A DNA stretch of 64,000 bases from Candidatus Bathyarchaeota archaeon (GTDB lineage Archaea; Thermoproteota; Bathyarchaeia; Bathyarchaeales; Bathycorpusculaceae): contig CAVZIW010000012.1 of assembly GCA_963775465.1 (NCBI GenBank), positions 64,001 to 128,000 on the forward strand. Reading direction: 5' to 3'. Of this stretch, positions 9,032 through 19,749 are shown one piece after another. Numbering within the stretch: the stretch's first letter is position 1; the number at the start of each line of letters is the position of its first letter. Made by a program: the position numbers and the translations under genes. The notes under the pieces were generated by a model, which was not told where the DNA came from, searched no databases, and saw only the letters and a list, made by a program, of their open reading frames with translations.

Positions 9032-10495
9032 CTATAGGTTCATGTGTTCGTGAAGTACGTGATGGTATTGTTCAGGGGTCATCAGAGAGCGAAAGGCGTT
9101 TGAAACCACCTCGCTTAATGAAGGGTGAATGTGCATCGCATTGTTGAGCGGTTCTGAACTTTGGTCAGAGGTGTACATCAAGTTAATTATCTCCTGAATT
9201 AACACCGAGGCTTGAGGACCAATGATGTGTGCACCGAGGATTTTTCCCGTGTTTCTTTCTAAAAGAACTTTCACAAACTCGTCTTCTAGCGCCATTGCTT
9301 CACCTTTAGCAGTGTCTGCATACTTGTGGAAGCCGATTAGTAAATTGTCTTTGCCGTATTTTTCGATAGCTTCGGACTGTTTAAGACCTACACTGGCGAT
9401 TTCAGGTTCGGTAAAGACAGCGTGAGGAACGGCGTGATAGTCAACTGATGTTTTGTTCTTGAGGATAGCATTGTAATATACTATTTGTGATTCATAGTTT
9501 GCAACGTGTTTGAACATGTATTTTCCGTTTGCATCACCCATAGCCCAGATATTTGGCTGGGTAGTTTCGAGAAAATCATTCACAATAATGAAGCCTTTTT
9601 CATCGGTTTTAATTCCCGCTTTCTCAGGATGTAGAAGTGCCGCATTTGATTTGCGCCCTACGGCTACGAAAAGCTCTTCTGCAACTATTTCGGTTTCTTT
9701 CTTGTTTTCTGTGTTGGTTGCAGTTATCTTCTTTTTGCCGTCGGAGGTTTTTTGGGTTTTTCGTACGTCATGGCCAGTTAGTATGGTTAACCTTTTTTGA
9801 AGTTCTCTTTTGACCAGTGAGGAGATTTCTGGTTCTTCTTCGGGGATGAATTGTTTGTTTCTTCCAATTATTGTGACTTTGCAGCCCATTCCAGATAAGA
9901 AATGTCCATATTCGGCTGCGATGTAGCCTCCTCCTATGATAGCGATGCTATTTGGAAGGTTTTTTAGTTGAAGTATGGTGTCGCTTGTCAGGTAGCCTGT
10001 CTCCTCCAACCCTTCCATATTCGGAATTGACGGTCGTGAACCTATTGAAAGGAAAAACATTTTTGAGGTTATGGTTTCATGACCAACTTTTAGGGTGTAT
10101 GGGGAGACGAATTCAGCTGTTGTTGTGTAGTAATCTACGTTTTCAGTTTGTTTTAGCCCGTTTCTGATCATGTTTATGTCTTTGTTTATTAGAGATCGCA
10201 TTCTTTCTAAGACATATTCTGAGTCTATCTTTTTGATTTCAACATGGATTCCGAATTCTTTGGCCTTCTGAATGATTCTGACTACATCCGCAGGGTAAAT
10301 TAGTAGTTTTGATGGGATACAACCTTTGGTTAGACAGATACCTCCAGGTTCATCTTTGTCGATTACAGCGATTTTCGCATTATGGTTACCCTGTAAAAAA
10401 GCGTTGGCTAGCTCCATACCTGAACCTGTTCCAATGACAATTAAATCGTACTTCTTCAAAACAACTACACCAGTTAGAAAGTAGGAGGATTGCAC
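9032..10495 (-). CDS. Dihydrolipoamide dehydrogenase / mycothione reductase-like flavoprotein disulfide reductase
   Basis: GTGSG FAD motif, GGICLTKGCIPSK redox disulfide, GGGYIAAE, C-terminal HIHPSLSE; true start probably near 10460. Confidence 0.85.
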   Translation of the reverse strand: MQSSYFLTGVVVLKKYDLIVIGTGSGMELANAFLQGNHNAKIAVIDKDEPGGICLTKGCIPSKLLIYPADVVRIIQKAKEFGIHVEIKKIDSEYVLERMRSLINKDINMIRNGLKQTENVDYYTTTAEFVSPYTLKVGHETITSKMFFLSIGSRPSIPNMEGLEETGYLTSDTILQLKNLPNSIAIIGGGYIAAEYGHFLSGMGCKVTIIGRNKQFIPEEEPEISSLVKRELQKRLTILTGHDVRKTQKTSDGKKKITATNTENKKETEIVAEELFVAVGRKSNAALLHPEKAGIKTDEKGFIIVNDFLETTQPNIWAMGDANGKYMFKHVANYESQIVYYNAILKNKTSVDYHAVPHAVFTEPEIASVGLKQSEAIEKYGKDNLLIGFHKYADTAKGEAMALEDEFVKVLLERNTGKILGAHIIGPQASVLIQEIINLMYTSDQSSEPLNNAMHIHPSLSEVVSNAFRSLMTPEQYHHVLHEHMNL

Positions 10496-10582
10496 CTTAA
10501 AGCAGTTTCTAGTAGCAGATCTTCACAGGGAAAAAGAAAAAAATTTTGATTTCGGCTGTTACAAAAAAGTTAAGGCACCATT

Positions 10583-11068
10583 TTATTTAACAATTAACAC
10601 AGCGCATTTTGCTTGATGTGCGATTCTTTCGCTTGAGCTACCGAGAAAGAATTCGTTAATTGCGCCATCTCCCCTGTGCCCCATAACTATTAGGTCAAAT
10701 TTGCCGTCTGTTGCAGTTTCAAGTATCTGAGAAGATATTTTTCCGTCTTTAAGTTCTGTGTAGATTTTGAGATCGGGTTTAAGTTTAAGAGCTCTTTTAG
10801 CTGCGTTGGATAGAATTGTTTCGTGTGTTTTTCGAAGGTCGTTGACAAAGGATGCAGCATTTGGTTGGTTTCCCATCGGTTCTTGAGGATAACCAGCCGC
10901 TGTAACTGGGAAAAACATATTTGGCTGATAGTCATATTCTGGGGGGCGTTGAAAAACGTTGAGGATTAGAATAGATGCAGAAAACTTTTCAGCGATTTCA
11001 AGAGCGTAATCTAGGGCTTTTTCTGAAGATTTAGAACCATCTACTGGCACAAGAATTTTCGTTATCAA
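10583..11068 (-). CDS. Universal stress protein (UspA)
   Basis: KILVPVDGS..S.KAL...DLIVMG.RG......LGS.SE.I...A.C.VLIVK. Confidence 0.92.
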   Translation of the reverse strand: MITKILVPVDGSKSSEKALDYALEIAEKFSASILILNVFQRPPEYDYQPNMFFPVTAAGYPQEPMGNQPNAASFVNDLRKTHETILSNAAKRALKLKPDLKIYTELKDGKISSQILETATDGKFDLIVMGHRGDGAINEFFLGSSSERIAHQAKCAVLIVK

Positions 11069-11214
11069 TGATGTTTCCCTCTAAGTTTAATTTGTTTTTG
11101 AAGTTGATAGGTTTTTCGAATTTTAGTTTTTTGAACGATTAATTTTGTTAAAAGAAAGGACCAATAATGTTAATCATGTTTGTTTTTTTTCGCCTGGAAT
11201 AATAAATCATAGGG

Positions 11215-11673
11215 TCACCGTTTTTTGGTTCGCCACGTTAATCCACTGAAGATTGTGAGTGCTAAAAGAACCACAAAAAGCGCCGATTTGATGATTGTGA
11301 AATCTTGGACTGCAGAGTAAAAGGCGAATGCTGCTGGAAATGCCCCGATAAACAGAGTGAAGAATATTGCAGTGGGCAGTTTGTAGCTATATTTGTAGTC
11401 TTTGAGTATGCGTTTGCCAAAGTATAATGCTGCTAAGCGACCCATTCCATGAGTGCATTTAATGCAGTTGTAGCATGGACGCAGGCACCCAACAAGGTGC
11501 AGTACACCATAGATTGCGATCAGTTCAACTATAAGAAAAACTATACCAATCGTTATGTCGTATAGTAGAAAAGCGGCGGCGTCAAGAACAATCCAAACTG
11601 CAAGGGCTATGTTGCCATATAGAACCAATTTCTTGGGAAAAAAGATTGGTCGACCGGTTTTTTCGTTTGCCAT
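11215..11673 (-). CDS. Membrane protein with Cys cluster
   Basis: 4 TM helices; GCLRPCYNCIKCTHGMGRLA. Confidence 0.65.
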   Translation of the reverse strand: MANEKTGRPIFFPKKLVLYGNIALAVWIVLDAAAFLLYDITIGIVFLIVELIAIYGVLHLVGCLRPCYNCIKCTHGMGRLAALYFGKRILKDYKYSYKLPTAIFFTLFIGAFPAAFAFYSAVQDFTIIKSALFVVLLALTIFSGLTWRTKKR

Positions 11674-11816
11674 GCGAGCCTATTGCAGCGGATCGAATAT
11701 AAGGTTTCTTCAGTCCACCATCTTATAGCATGCTTATAGCGTAATGGGAATCTTGTGGTTTTTTCATTGAAAGCATTAAGTGTCGGCTAGATTGTTTCTG
11801 TTGTTCAAATTTAGGG

Positions 11817-12422
11817 TTAAATCTTTTGATGGTTAACTGTGGGAATACAGATCAACTCATAATGGTATGGTCCTGCTTCAACTTGGTTAATTACAGAGAA
11901 GCCGTTTTCTGCAAGAACCCGGGTGGCTTCATTTTCCGAGAGGCGACCTTTAAATGGTGGTCCATATTCTGTTTGGATCTTCTTCCAGTCTACATCGACA
12001 ATGTAGGCGGTGGGTTTAGATATGCGTCTAACTTCTCGGAAGAACGCTTTCTTGTCCTCGATCTCATGTAAGACGTTGGCGAATAGGATAATATCGACAG
12101 ATTCTTTAGAAATTTCTGTATGGCATACATCATTCTTTACTATTTTTATGATTTTGGAGTTTACATTTGACTTGGCAATATTTTCTTTTAAACCATTTAG
12201 CATCGTCTGGTTGCTATCGACGGCATATACGAGACCTTTTTCTCCTGTTACTTGAGCCATTGGTATAGTAAAGAAACCAGGTCCTGAACCCAGATCTGCT
12301 ATGGTCATTCCTTTCTTAATTTCTATCTCTTTTAGAATGGTTTCGGGACTATGCCATTGCTTTCTTTCTTCGGACATTAAGAATTTGACACGGTCAACAT
12401 GATTGGCAATATGATGTTCCAT
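11817..12422 (-). CDS. Class I SAM-dependent methyltransferase
   Basis: IADLGSGPGFF, VYAVD, VLHEI, DWKK...GPP...RLS. Confidence 0.88.
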   Translation of the reverse strand: MEHHIANHVDRVKFLMSEERKQWHSPETILKEIEIKKGMTIADLGSGPGFFTIPMAQVTGEKGLVYAVDSNQTMLNGLKENIAKSNVNSKIIKIVKNDVCHTEISKESVDIILFANVLHEIEDKKAFFREVRRISKPTAYIVDVDWKKIQTEYGPPFKGRLSENEATRVLAENGFSVINQVEAGPYHYELICIPTVNHQKI

Positions 12423-12532
12423 TGTTATCTCCTCATCCGATTAGGTTGATGTACGCTGTTTGAAGAACAAATCTATTTAGAGATCTATAATTGTAGTGTC
12501 ATCTTGCTAAGCAAGAATGTTAATTTCTATCA

Positions 12533-13015
12533 CTAGTCTAGTTTTTGATCGGCCTTAAATTCTATTTTTCCACATTTTGGGCAAAGAAAAATGATTGCAG
12601 ACAATACTTCCTCACCTAGTTTTTTCGAGGCATCGTCAGATACTTTTTGATTGGGACCTTCCCATTCATCGATTCTAAACTTGGTTCTAGCTTGGGACAT
12701 CTCCATATTGCATAGAGTACAAAAAGCAACCTTAGAATTTTTGCCTTGATCTACTTCGGTTTTTTCATTTCTGGTAGATGTGCTTTTAATTTCAGCATTT
12801 TCATTCGCAATTTGTTGGGATTCATTGTTAACATTTCCTAGAAATTGGCAGGGATTAGGGCAATCGAACACGAACATGCAAAGGTAGCAACATGTTGCTT
12901 TCTCGCTATTTTTGCATCGAACTTGCCTAGCAGCCTTTGCTTTTTCACTCCCAGAAACAGCTAGACATAATTTATCGCTTGTTAAATATTCGCAGCTATT
13001 GGCTAAGTTTGACAA
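12533..13015 (-). CDS. Cys-rich zinc-binding hypothetical protein
   Basis: TTG at 13015 with GGTGGAG RBS; CCYLC..DC...C, CTLC and CPKCGKIEF motifs. The longer ORF-track start overlaps the tRNA. Confidence 0.65.
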   Translation of the reverse strand: MSNLANSCEYLTSDKLCLAVSGSEKAKAARQVRCKNSEKATCCYLCMFVFDCPNPCQFLGNVNNESQQIANENAEIKSTSTRNEKTEVDQGKNSKVAFCTLCNMEMSQARTKFRIDEWEGPNQKVSDDASKKLGEEVLSAIIFLCPKCGKIEFKADQKLD

Positions 13016-13139
13016 GATGTCTCCACCTGCTTTACAATCAATGTTGCAAGTTTTGCCTATTTGTGTTATGGTAAAAATCTTGTGGAATATCGCAAAAATT
13101 GGAAAAATAAATCTAATATGCCAACTTAGCGTTATAAAG

Positions 13140-13214
13140 TGGGCCGAGCCGGACTTGAACCGGCGACCTTTGGCTCGTAAAGCCAACGTCCTAACCAGGC
13201 TAGACGACCGGCCC
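13140..13214 (-). tRNA. tRNA-Val(TAC), intronless, CCA not encoded
   Basis: GGGCCGG acceptor stem, D arm GTCTAGCCTGGTTAGGAC, anticodon arm TTGGC-TTTACGA-GCCAA, T arm GCCGG-TTCAAGT-CCGGC, TCGGCCC-A. Confidence 0.96.
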
Positions 13215-13268
13215 ACGGGTGTTTGATAAGAGACAACATTGATTAATATTAGAATTTTGTTTCTCAAG

Positions 13269-14537
13269 TTACTTATTACTTGAATTCGAACTACAAACAC
13301 GGACTTGCCTATGGAAAATCTGACTCTTCAGCACTCCTGGAGTTGAAATCGTGATAATCATTTTTCCTGTGTTTTTTCTCCAGTTTGCAAGGAACAGCAC
13401 AGTCAAAATAGCACATGTTATGCCCGCAGTTAGAAATACCCCACTGAAACTAAACGCTGAAAAGATTGGGTTAAAAATGATGGGCGGCAAAAACTGGCCG
13501 ATAAAAAGGAATGTTGTAAGGTAGGATATCATTCTACCTCGGACACATGTTTTGGTTAGTTCACCCACCCAAAGATTTAGGGTAGGCATAACCATTCCTT
13601 GACCTACCCCAAATAGCACCATCATGACTAACACGGTTAATATGCTAATATCTTGAGATAAAAGGATCAAACCAAAAGTCCATATGGCGAGCCCAACAAA
13701 TGCAATAACGTTATATGAGAAATTGGATTTTATTTTTTTATACATAAGAGCGCTTATTGCTGCGGCAAGTCCCATGACTCCAATAAATAAGCTTATGATT
13801 AAACTGTTGTTGATAGCAAAGGTCCTAGCTAAAAGCTGAGGGATGAATGTTACATTTGTGTATAGTAAGACCATCATCCATAAACCCAAACCATAAACTG
13901 CAAAGATGAATGGTCTCTGTTTAATTGTCTGGACCACTGAAACGTTATCTTTGGTTTGGGTTTCGAGTTTTCTAATGTCAGAGACGTCTGGTATGATGAG
14001 CCATGCAAGCAGACCTATTGGGATACCGGTCAAATATATTCCAAATGGCAAATTCCAAGCTAATACTCCCAATGCGCCTCCTAAAAGCGGCCAAATTATT
14101 CCCCCAATTGAAGCTGTGCTAGCTTGCCAGCCCATGATTTTACTGCATTCTTCACCTTTGTAGGCATTCAGAATCAATATTACAAGTGGATTTGCTATCG
14201 CAGCTACAGCAATGCCAAGAAGAGCTCGGCTAATTATCATCGTTGTTATATCTGTAACGAAAAGGCCTGAAGCTCCAGCGATACCGTAAAGTATTAGACC
14301 ACACGCGAAGGGTTTTTTGGCGCCTATTCTGTCGATTATTGTTCCGAAAATGGGACTAAAAATTGCGATAAATAGGGCGTGCGTGGTTATAACAAACCGG
14401 ATATTATTCTCATCAGCCCCCTGCAGGTTTCCCTGCATCAAACTTATGACTGGGGAAATGATTGCCCCGGCCATAACAGTTAAGGTACCGGCTGCTAAGA
14501 TGATGAATAACGCTTTTTTCTTGGTTGCTTCACTCAT
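13269..14537 (-). CDS. MFS transporter
   Basis: About 12 TM helices; G.IIDRIGAK motif A; RALLG. Confidence 0.88.
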   Translation of the reverse strand: MSEATKKKALFIILAAGTLTVMAGAIISPVISLMQGNLQGADENNIRFVITTHALFIAIFSPIFGTIIDRIGAKKPFACGLILYGIAGASGLFVTDITTMIISRALLGIAVAAIANPLVILILNAYKGEECSKIMGWQASTASIGGIIWPLLGGALGVLAWNLPFGIYLTGIPIGLLAWLIIPDVSDIRKLETQTKDNVSVVQTIKQRPFIFAVYGLGLWMMVLLYTNVTFIPQLLARTFAINNSLIISLFIGVMGLAAAISALMYKKIKSNFSYNVIAFVGLAIWTFGLILLSQDISILTVLVMMVLFGVGQGMVMPTLNLWVGELTKTCVRGRMISYLTTFLFIGQFLPPIIFNPIFSAFSFSGVFLTAGITCAILTVLFLANWRKNTGKMIITISTPGVLKSQIFHRQVRVCSSNSSNK

Positions 14538-14723
14538 TTGATAGAGTTCCAGTTTTTCTTTTGTTGCTGTAATGTTTTTTCATCTGTATAAGCAACCGTA
14601 CTAGAAGACCTTTTCGTTCTTCAGTTAAATTCTTGATATTGAGGAAGAGATCTGTGAAATTTGTTAAATCGACTGTTAAATTCATAAGGGATCAAAACAA
14701 AAGTCGTTAATGGAGTAATTGAA

Positions 14724-15503
14724 TTGAAGATCTTGATATGCGGTAAAGGTGGTAGCGGAAAAAGTACGGTTGCGGCTGTTTTAGCCAAAAGCTTGCAGAA
14801 TGAAGGTTATCGTGTACTTGTTGTAGATGCTGATGAGTCAAATTATGGTCTTAGTGCGCAGCTGGGTCTTGTAGCGCCTAGGGAGTTGATGGAGCAGATA
14901 GGTGGGAAGAAGTCTGTGCAGGGCAAAATGGGTAGAGTGCTAGGTGATGGTCATAAAGCGCCTGTTTTTACTGAATTGTGGGGCATCGAGGATATTCCGT
15001 CTGAGGTTGTTTCAAAAAAAGACAACTTATACTTGGTGCAGATTGGAAAGGTCAAGCATTATGGTGAGGGGTGCGCTTGTCCTATGGGTGTGTTATCGAA
15101 AGATTTCCTTAATCATTTAACGTTGGGTCCAAAGGATGTTGCTATCATCGATACTGAAGCTGGAGTTGAGCATTTAGGGCGAGGCTTAGCTGGAGCTGTG
15201 GATCTTATTTTCGGAGTCATCGATCCCTCTTATGAGTCTATTATGTTGTCTGAAAAAATCTTGGATATGGCAAGAGAAAGCAAAAAACCAATACGCTTTA
15301 TCCTAAACAGAGTCGATAGCAACCTTGCAGACAGAATTTTAGTTAAAGTTGGGAAGGAAAAGGTCATTGGGGTGTTGCCGTTTAGTAGATCTGTGCAGGA
15401 AAAAGGTTTAGTGGGTGAAGCGTTAGATCCGCAGTCGCTAAATATTGATGCCGTGAAAAGTTTTGTCCTTGAGGCTCTACATGGGGTAAGTTCTGTTTTT
15501 TAA
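14724..15503 (+). CDS. cooC: CooC-type nickel-insertion ATPase (CODH/ACS maturation family)
   Basis: GKGGSGKS, VVDAD, GCACPMG Ni motif, DTEAGVEHLGRG. Confidence 0.85.
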   Translation: MKILICGKGGSGKSTVAAVLAKSLQNEGYRVLVVDADESNYGLSAQLGLVAPRELMEQIGGKKSVQGKMGRVLGDGHKAPVFTELWGIEDIPSEVVSKKDNLYLVQIGKVKHYGEGCACPMGVLSKDFLNHLTLGPKDVAIIDTEAGVEHLGRGLAGAVDLIFGVIDPSYESIMLSEKILDMARESKKPIRFILNRVDSNLADRILVKVGKEKVIGVLPFSRSVQEKGLVGEALDPQSLNIDAVKSFVLEALHGVSSVF

Positions 15504-15739
15504 GTCGTTGCTCTTCGTTAAAATCTTGCCCTAATAAATTAATTACTATTTTCTCTATGTTTTTTAGTGATTCTTGAGCTTTGCGAGTCTTGAGCAAATT
15601 CTTGTTTGCGGTAGCTAGTTTGCGGTTTTCCAGTTCTGCTCCGAATCTAACATCTACAATCGTTAGAGCCTAAATCCGCCGAGAGCTCTTTGAGAACCTA
15701 TTTATCAGACAGATGTCAAAGTTATTTGAGGTAGAATGT

Positions 15740-15943
15740 ATGCCGATAGTTCAAGTTTCTGTCTGGGAAGGAATAACTTCTGAAAACAAGAAGAAAGCCG
15801 TTGAAGGAATAACTAAAGTTTTTGAAGATATGGGTGTACCTAGAGAAGCAGTCCATATAGTAATATATGAAGAGCCAAAAGGTAATTGGGCAACAGGCGG
15901 AGTGTTGCATTCAGAGAAACATGCCCAAACACCCTCACTATAA
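15740..15943 (+). CDS. 4-oxalocrotonate tautomerase family protein
   Basis: M-P start (catalytic Pro1), P.V.V....G...E.K.......T......V.I.E....NW..GG; GAGGT RBS. Confidence 0.88.
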   Translation: MPIVQVSVWEGITSENKKKAVEGITKVFEDMGVPREAVHIVIYEEPKGNWATGGVLHSEKHAQTPSL

Positions 15944-16038
15944 TCTGGAGCAGTTTGAGGTTTCAAATTAATCAGTTTCTTTTTGCTTTTTCTTAGAGTA
16001 TCGGATAGCGTGTGCGCAGGCACAGTTTGGTCGAATGT

Positions 16039-17011
16039 TTAATCGGTTTGACTTTGCTTCGGAGGCTGCCTGTCTTTGAAGAGCAGCGGCAACCCCACCA
16101 GTGGAATTGACAGTAGCCACAAGTTAAGGTTAGCCCAGGAACCATAGGTACCAGTAGCTCCAGGTTTCAGGTTTTCCGAAAGAGACCCATGAGAGATAAT
16201 TCCAAAGCCAAAACAATCCCAAAACAGTGATTATAGCGCCAGTTGTACGAATTTCAAGTTTTTCCACGTTTTGTGTTCTTATAGTTTTTTTTGCGAAATA
16301 GGCTGTAAAAATTGTCAGTGCAAGCATTCCAAATGAGGTTAAAATGAAACTGAGTAGATTTTCTGGGTAGGATGTTAAATATTGGATTCCTTGTCGCAGT
16401 ATGGTTGATATCCATATAGCTGTACTCGTGAGCCAGAACACTAAAATGTAAATTGTTCCCGCAATCAAAGCCCATTTTATTGCTCCCTTGACTTGTTTGT
16501 TCGGTTTCAATTCATGGGATAATTTGAACAAGACAGCGGGGATAACAATGGATTCTACGAGTAGGGGTACTTCATAAATTAGTAGGGAAACAAAGATGGG
16601 TAGAGTTGAGATGTGGCCATTAGCGCGCCATATGGTAAAACCAAACGTAGATGTCAAGGTCAGAACTGCTGTAGTTAACAGTCCTAGCCAGTATATTGCT
16701 TCCCCAAACAAAACTAGCCTAATTAGCTTCTTTATTGTTCTTGTCGGGAGACCTTTCTTTGCAAAGTAGAGTATAGCTCCTGCTAAGGCGATTGCGCTGG
16801 CTGCAAGTCTGAAGGCAACTCCGATGGCTGCAGAAATGTCCTCAGCAAAGATGATAGATCGCAGGGAGCCGTTGAAAGATTCCCATTCGCCAACCCAAGA
16901 AAGAGTAAACATTGCGTGGAATGTAAAAAGAAAGTAGGCTAATGCGGTGATAAGCAACCCGATTTTTAGCGGAGAGTAGAAGTTTGGATTTGGCATAGTG
17001 TTTAAAGACAA
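16039..17011 (-). CDS. Multi-pass membrane protein; frameshift near the 3' end (~16132)
   Basis: The ORF stops at WFLG*, but another frame continues NLNLWLLSIPLVGLPLLFKDRQ..., an extra TM helix ending at TAA 16039. Confidence 0.6.
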
Positions 17012-17141
17012 TTAGAAGGTAATTTGCTTTTATTTTTTTGGTTGTGGTGAGGTGTTGGGATTTGATTCTGGTGCGATTGTTTCCTGACGGTATGGATATG
17101 TTCATTTCTAATGTGACTATGGCGAAAGTAAGAGTAGTGAT

Positions 17142-17753
17142 TTAGACTTTTAGTGAGGCGCGGAATCCTCTAACGCTGTAGAAAGAGGGTGCGCTGTTAT
17201 GGTACACGAAGACATGGCCGTAGCGGCGATCGGCAAATAGGGCTCCGCCGAGTTTTCTAATGTCGGAAGGTGTTTTTATCCAGCTTTGGGTTTTTTTATC
17301 GAATTCGCCGAGTTTCTGCAACTCTCGATATTGTTCTTCTCCTAAAAGCTCAATACCCATGGAGGCTGCCATGCCAACAGCGTTACCTTCTGAATGCACA
17401 CCTTTCTTTTCTCTCTCTTGCTGCGCTTCATGGTCGTAGCAAACATTTCTGCGTCCTTTTGGGCTTTCCTCTGAACAATCGTAAAAAATGAATTCATCTG
17501 TCTTTTTGTCAAAACCGATAATGTCTGGTTCACCGCCAGTTCGCTCCATTTCACTAAGTGACCACAGTTTTTCAAGATTATCGTTTAGCTTTTTTTGTAC
17601 TTTGGACCATTCAAGACTTTGATGACGGTTCATGTTTTTATCAAAACGTGCTTTTAATGCGTTGAGTAGTTCTTCACGTTGTTGGGGTGTTTGTTCTTTT
17701 TTTAATTTAGCTGAAGAATTGTTCATAGTGATAGTGTTCTTTGGGGGTTTCAT
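17142..17753 (-). CDS. DUF4256 domain protein
   Basis: RF.KNM.RH..LEW..V, MERTGGEPD, DCS.ESPKGRR..CYD, IRKLGGALFADRRY..VFVYHN.A.S.Y..RGFR. Confidence 0.88.
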   Translation of the reverse strand: MKPPKNTITMNNSSAKLKKEQTPQQREELLNALKARFDKNMNRHQSLEWSKVQKKLNDNLEKLWSLSEMERTGGEPDIIGFDKKTDEFIFYDCSEESPKGRRNVCYDHEAQQEREKKGVHSEGNAVGMAASMGIELLGEEQYRELQKLGEFDKKTQSWIKTPSDIRKLGGALFADRRYGHVFVYHNSAPSFYSVRGFRASLKV

Positions 17754-17833
17754 AAGATTTTCTGCGGAGGGATTTGGAGGGGCTGATATCTGTCGTTGCT
17801 TTGTATGAGAAAATTTGGCTGGCGGCTGTGGAT

Positions 17834-18574
17834 TTATTTTTTGTTAACGGTTGAGCCGCCTGAGGTGTTTATTGTTCCGAGTGTTGGTTCGCCGATGTAT
17901 TGGAGGTTGGATGCGCCGCTTGCTTGAGCATCTAATCTTCCGGTTAGGTTTATGATTGCGTGGCTTGCTCCGCTTAGGTCGATGTTTGCGTTGTCGACGG
18001 TTAGGTCAGTGAGGTCTAGGGTGCTTGCTCCTGAAACTGCTGAGGTGAGGTTGCTTGCGGTTCCTTGACCTGTTAGGTGTGAGGCTCCTGTTACTTCGAA
18101 GTTGATGTCTCCGGCGTTGAAGTTGTTTAGGTCCAGTGTGCTGGCTCCTGATATTTGGGCGGTGAATTGGTTGGAGCTGCTGAAGCCGTCTGCTGTTCCT
18201 CTGCTTGCTCCTGAAAGTGCAAAGTTTTCAAGGGATGGCATGGTTATTTCAGCTTTGTTGTTGAAGAGGCCGAAGAATATTCCTGGTTTTACATCGATTT
18301 TTAGAGTTTGGCCTTGCTGTGTTACTTCGATTCTGTCGAAGATTCGTTCGCTGCCAGAGATCTTTACGCTGTAGGAGGTAGATTGTGTTATGGTAACTTG
18401 GAAAGCTGAGCTGGCTTCAACTGAGGAAAATCCGGTGAAATCCAGAGTCTCTGTTCGCTCGTTGCCTGGCAGAACCCAAAGAAACACAAAGATTGAGCCA
18501 ATAACCAATAGAATGATAGCTACAGCGACTAAAACGATAAGAAGAGTACTTAAAGCCCTGTTTTTGTGGACCAT
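17834..18574 (-). CDS. DUF2807 / GIN (head) domain protein, membrane anchored
   Basis: N-terminal TM; repeated SGAS beta-helix motifs; Y.G.P near the C-terminus. Confidence 0.85.
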   Translation of the reverse strand: MVHKNRALSTLLIVLVAVAIILLVIGSIFVFLWVLPGNERTETLDFTGFSSVEASSAFQVTITQSTSYSVKISGSERIFDRIEVTQQGQTLKIDVKPGIFFGLFNNKAEITMPSLENFALSGASRGTADGFSSSNQFTAQISGASTLDLNNFNAGDINFEVTGASHLTGQGTASNLTSAVSGASTLDLTDLTVDNANIDLSGASHAIINLTGRLDAQASGASNLQYIGEPTLGTINTSGGSTVNKK

Positions 18575-18950
18575 GAAAATCAGTTCCTCTCTATGTAAAA
18601 GCAGCTTAATGGCTTATTTATTGTTTTTTATCGCCATTTCGGTGCCTTAGTGCTTTTAGCGATGAAATTGAATCGACTACATTAATAACCATATTTAGAG
18701 GTATGCAAAATTTAGTTGTGTCATTATTTTGTGTTTTTTTCTTTATCTGCTAGAACAACAACACCTAAAAAATTCTTGTTGTTGTTCTTCTATCTGTCTA
18801 TTCTTACTGATAATCTACGCGCGCGAACTGTTATCGCCTACAGAAACTTTTCAGCTACTTCTCTTTTAAGATCGTTTACGTGTTTTAGTAATTCGTATTC
18901 TGTCATGGTTGCAGGGCGGATTTGCACAGCAAAATGCCTACTTCTTTTGG

Positions 18951-19514
18951 TTAGGTCATCTCAGAAAACAACTGGGAAGTCATTTCCAAAGTGTCTCCAT
19001 CAGCAGACTTGATTTTGAGACCCATCTTTTTTGAAAGTTTAATCATTTTATAGTTGTCCCAGGAAACAAAAAAATTAATTTCATAAAGCCCCAACTCTCT
19101 CGCGATTTCGAAAACATGGCTCATAAGTTCAGTTCCTAAACCTATTCCTTGCCAAGCATCAGCAACGACGAGGGCGAATTCACCCCGTATCCAACTTTTA
19201 TCCATGTTCAATCGAGCAACAGCAACTATTTTATCTTCATTTTTGGGCAGTACAACTATTGCTATCTCTTTACTATAGTCTATATTGCACATTCGCTGCA
19301 GTGTTTCTTGAGGCAGTTCCTTTATTATTTCTAGGAACCTAAAGTGCAGACTTTCAGAAGATAAAGATTTTACAAAATCGTTTAGCCTTGCCTGGTCTGA
19401 TTTCTCGATTGGTCTAAAAACAACAGTAAGCCCGTTACTTAATGCTCGCACAGCAGTGCATCTTTCCCTAACCGAATCAGTGGTTATCAAATAGCATGCA
19501 TCCATGCGTTGCAT
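18951..19514 (-). CDS. GNAT N-acetyltransferase (Pat-like GNAT domain)
   Basis: RPI...D......LS.ES..FRF, EFALVVADAWQGIGLGT.L, N..M..L..K.G. Confidence 0.85.
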   Translation of the reverse strand: MQRMDACYLITTDSVRERCTAVRALSNGLTVVFRPIEKSDQARLNDFVKSLSSESLHFRFLEIIKELPQETLQRMCNIDYSKEIAIVVLPKNEDKIVAVARLNMDKSWIRGEFALVVADAWQGIGLGTELMSHVFEIARELGLYEINFFVSWDNYKMIKLSKKMGLKIKSADGDTLEMTSQLFSEMT

Positions 19515-19749
19515 TTACATTGTTAAAGTTATGGATTTGGAGAGATATAACATTTAAGCTAAAGGTGAAAGCTGTATTTGCTTCAAACAAAAATCTTTTG
19601 CAGATAATTGTAGGAAAGCAATTTTATCTTATTTGTTCTTCCCATCCTTTGAGTGGGTTTTTCAATTAAATTAGATTAGTCAAATGTCTGTGTCAGAAGG
19701 CAAGTCTTAAAAGCAGATTACTGTAAAATAGCGGGAAGGTAGGTTTGGG

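Noticed and set aside
9032-10495. Mercuric reductase (MerA), given the neighbouring HgcC-like and arsM genes
   Set aside because: It lacks the C-terminal Cys-Cys pair and has the HPxxxE motif of Lpd/mycothione reductase types
13140-13214. tRNA-Val as the integration site of the island
   Set aside because: No duplicate of its 3' end and no integrase were found in the window
13016-13300. N-terminal extension of the 255-aa ORF 12533-13300
   Set aside because: It overlaps tRNA-Val on the same strand; a TTG start with RBS at 13015 is more plausible
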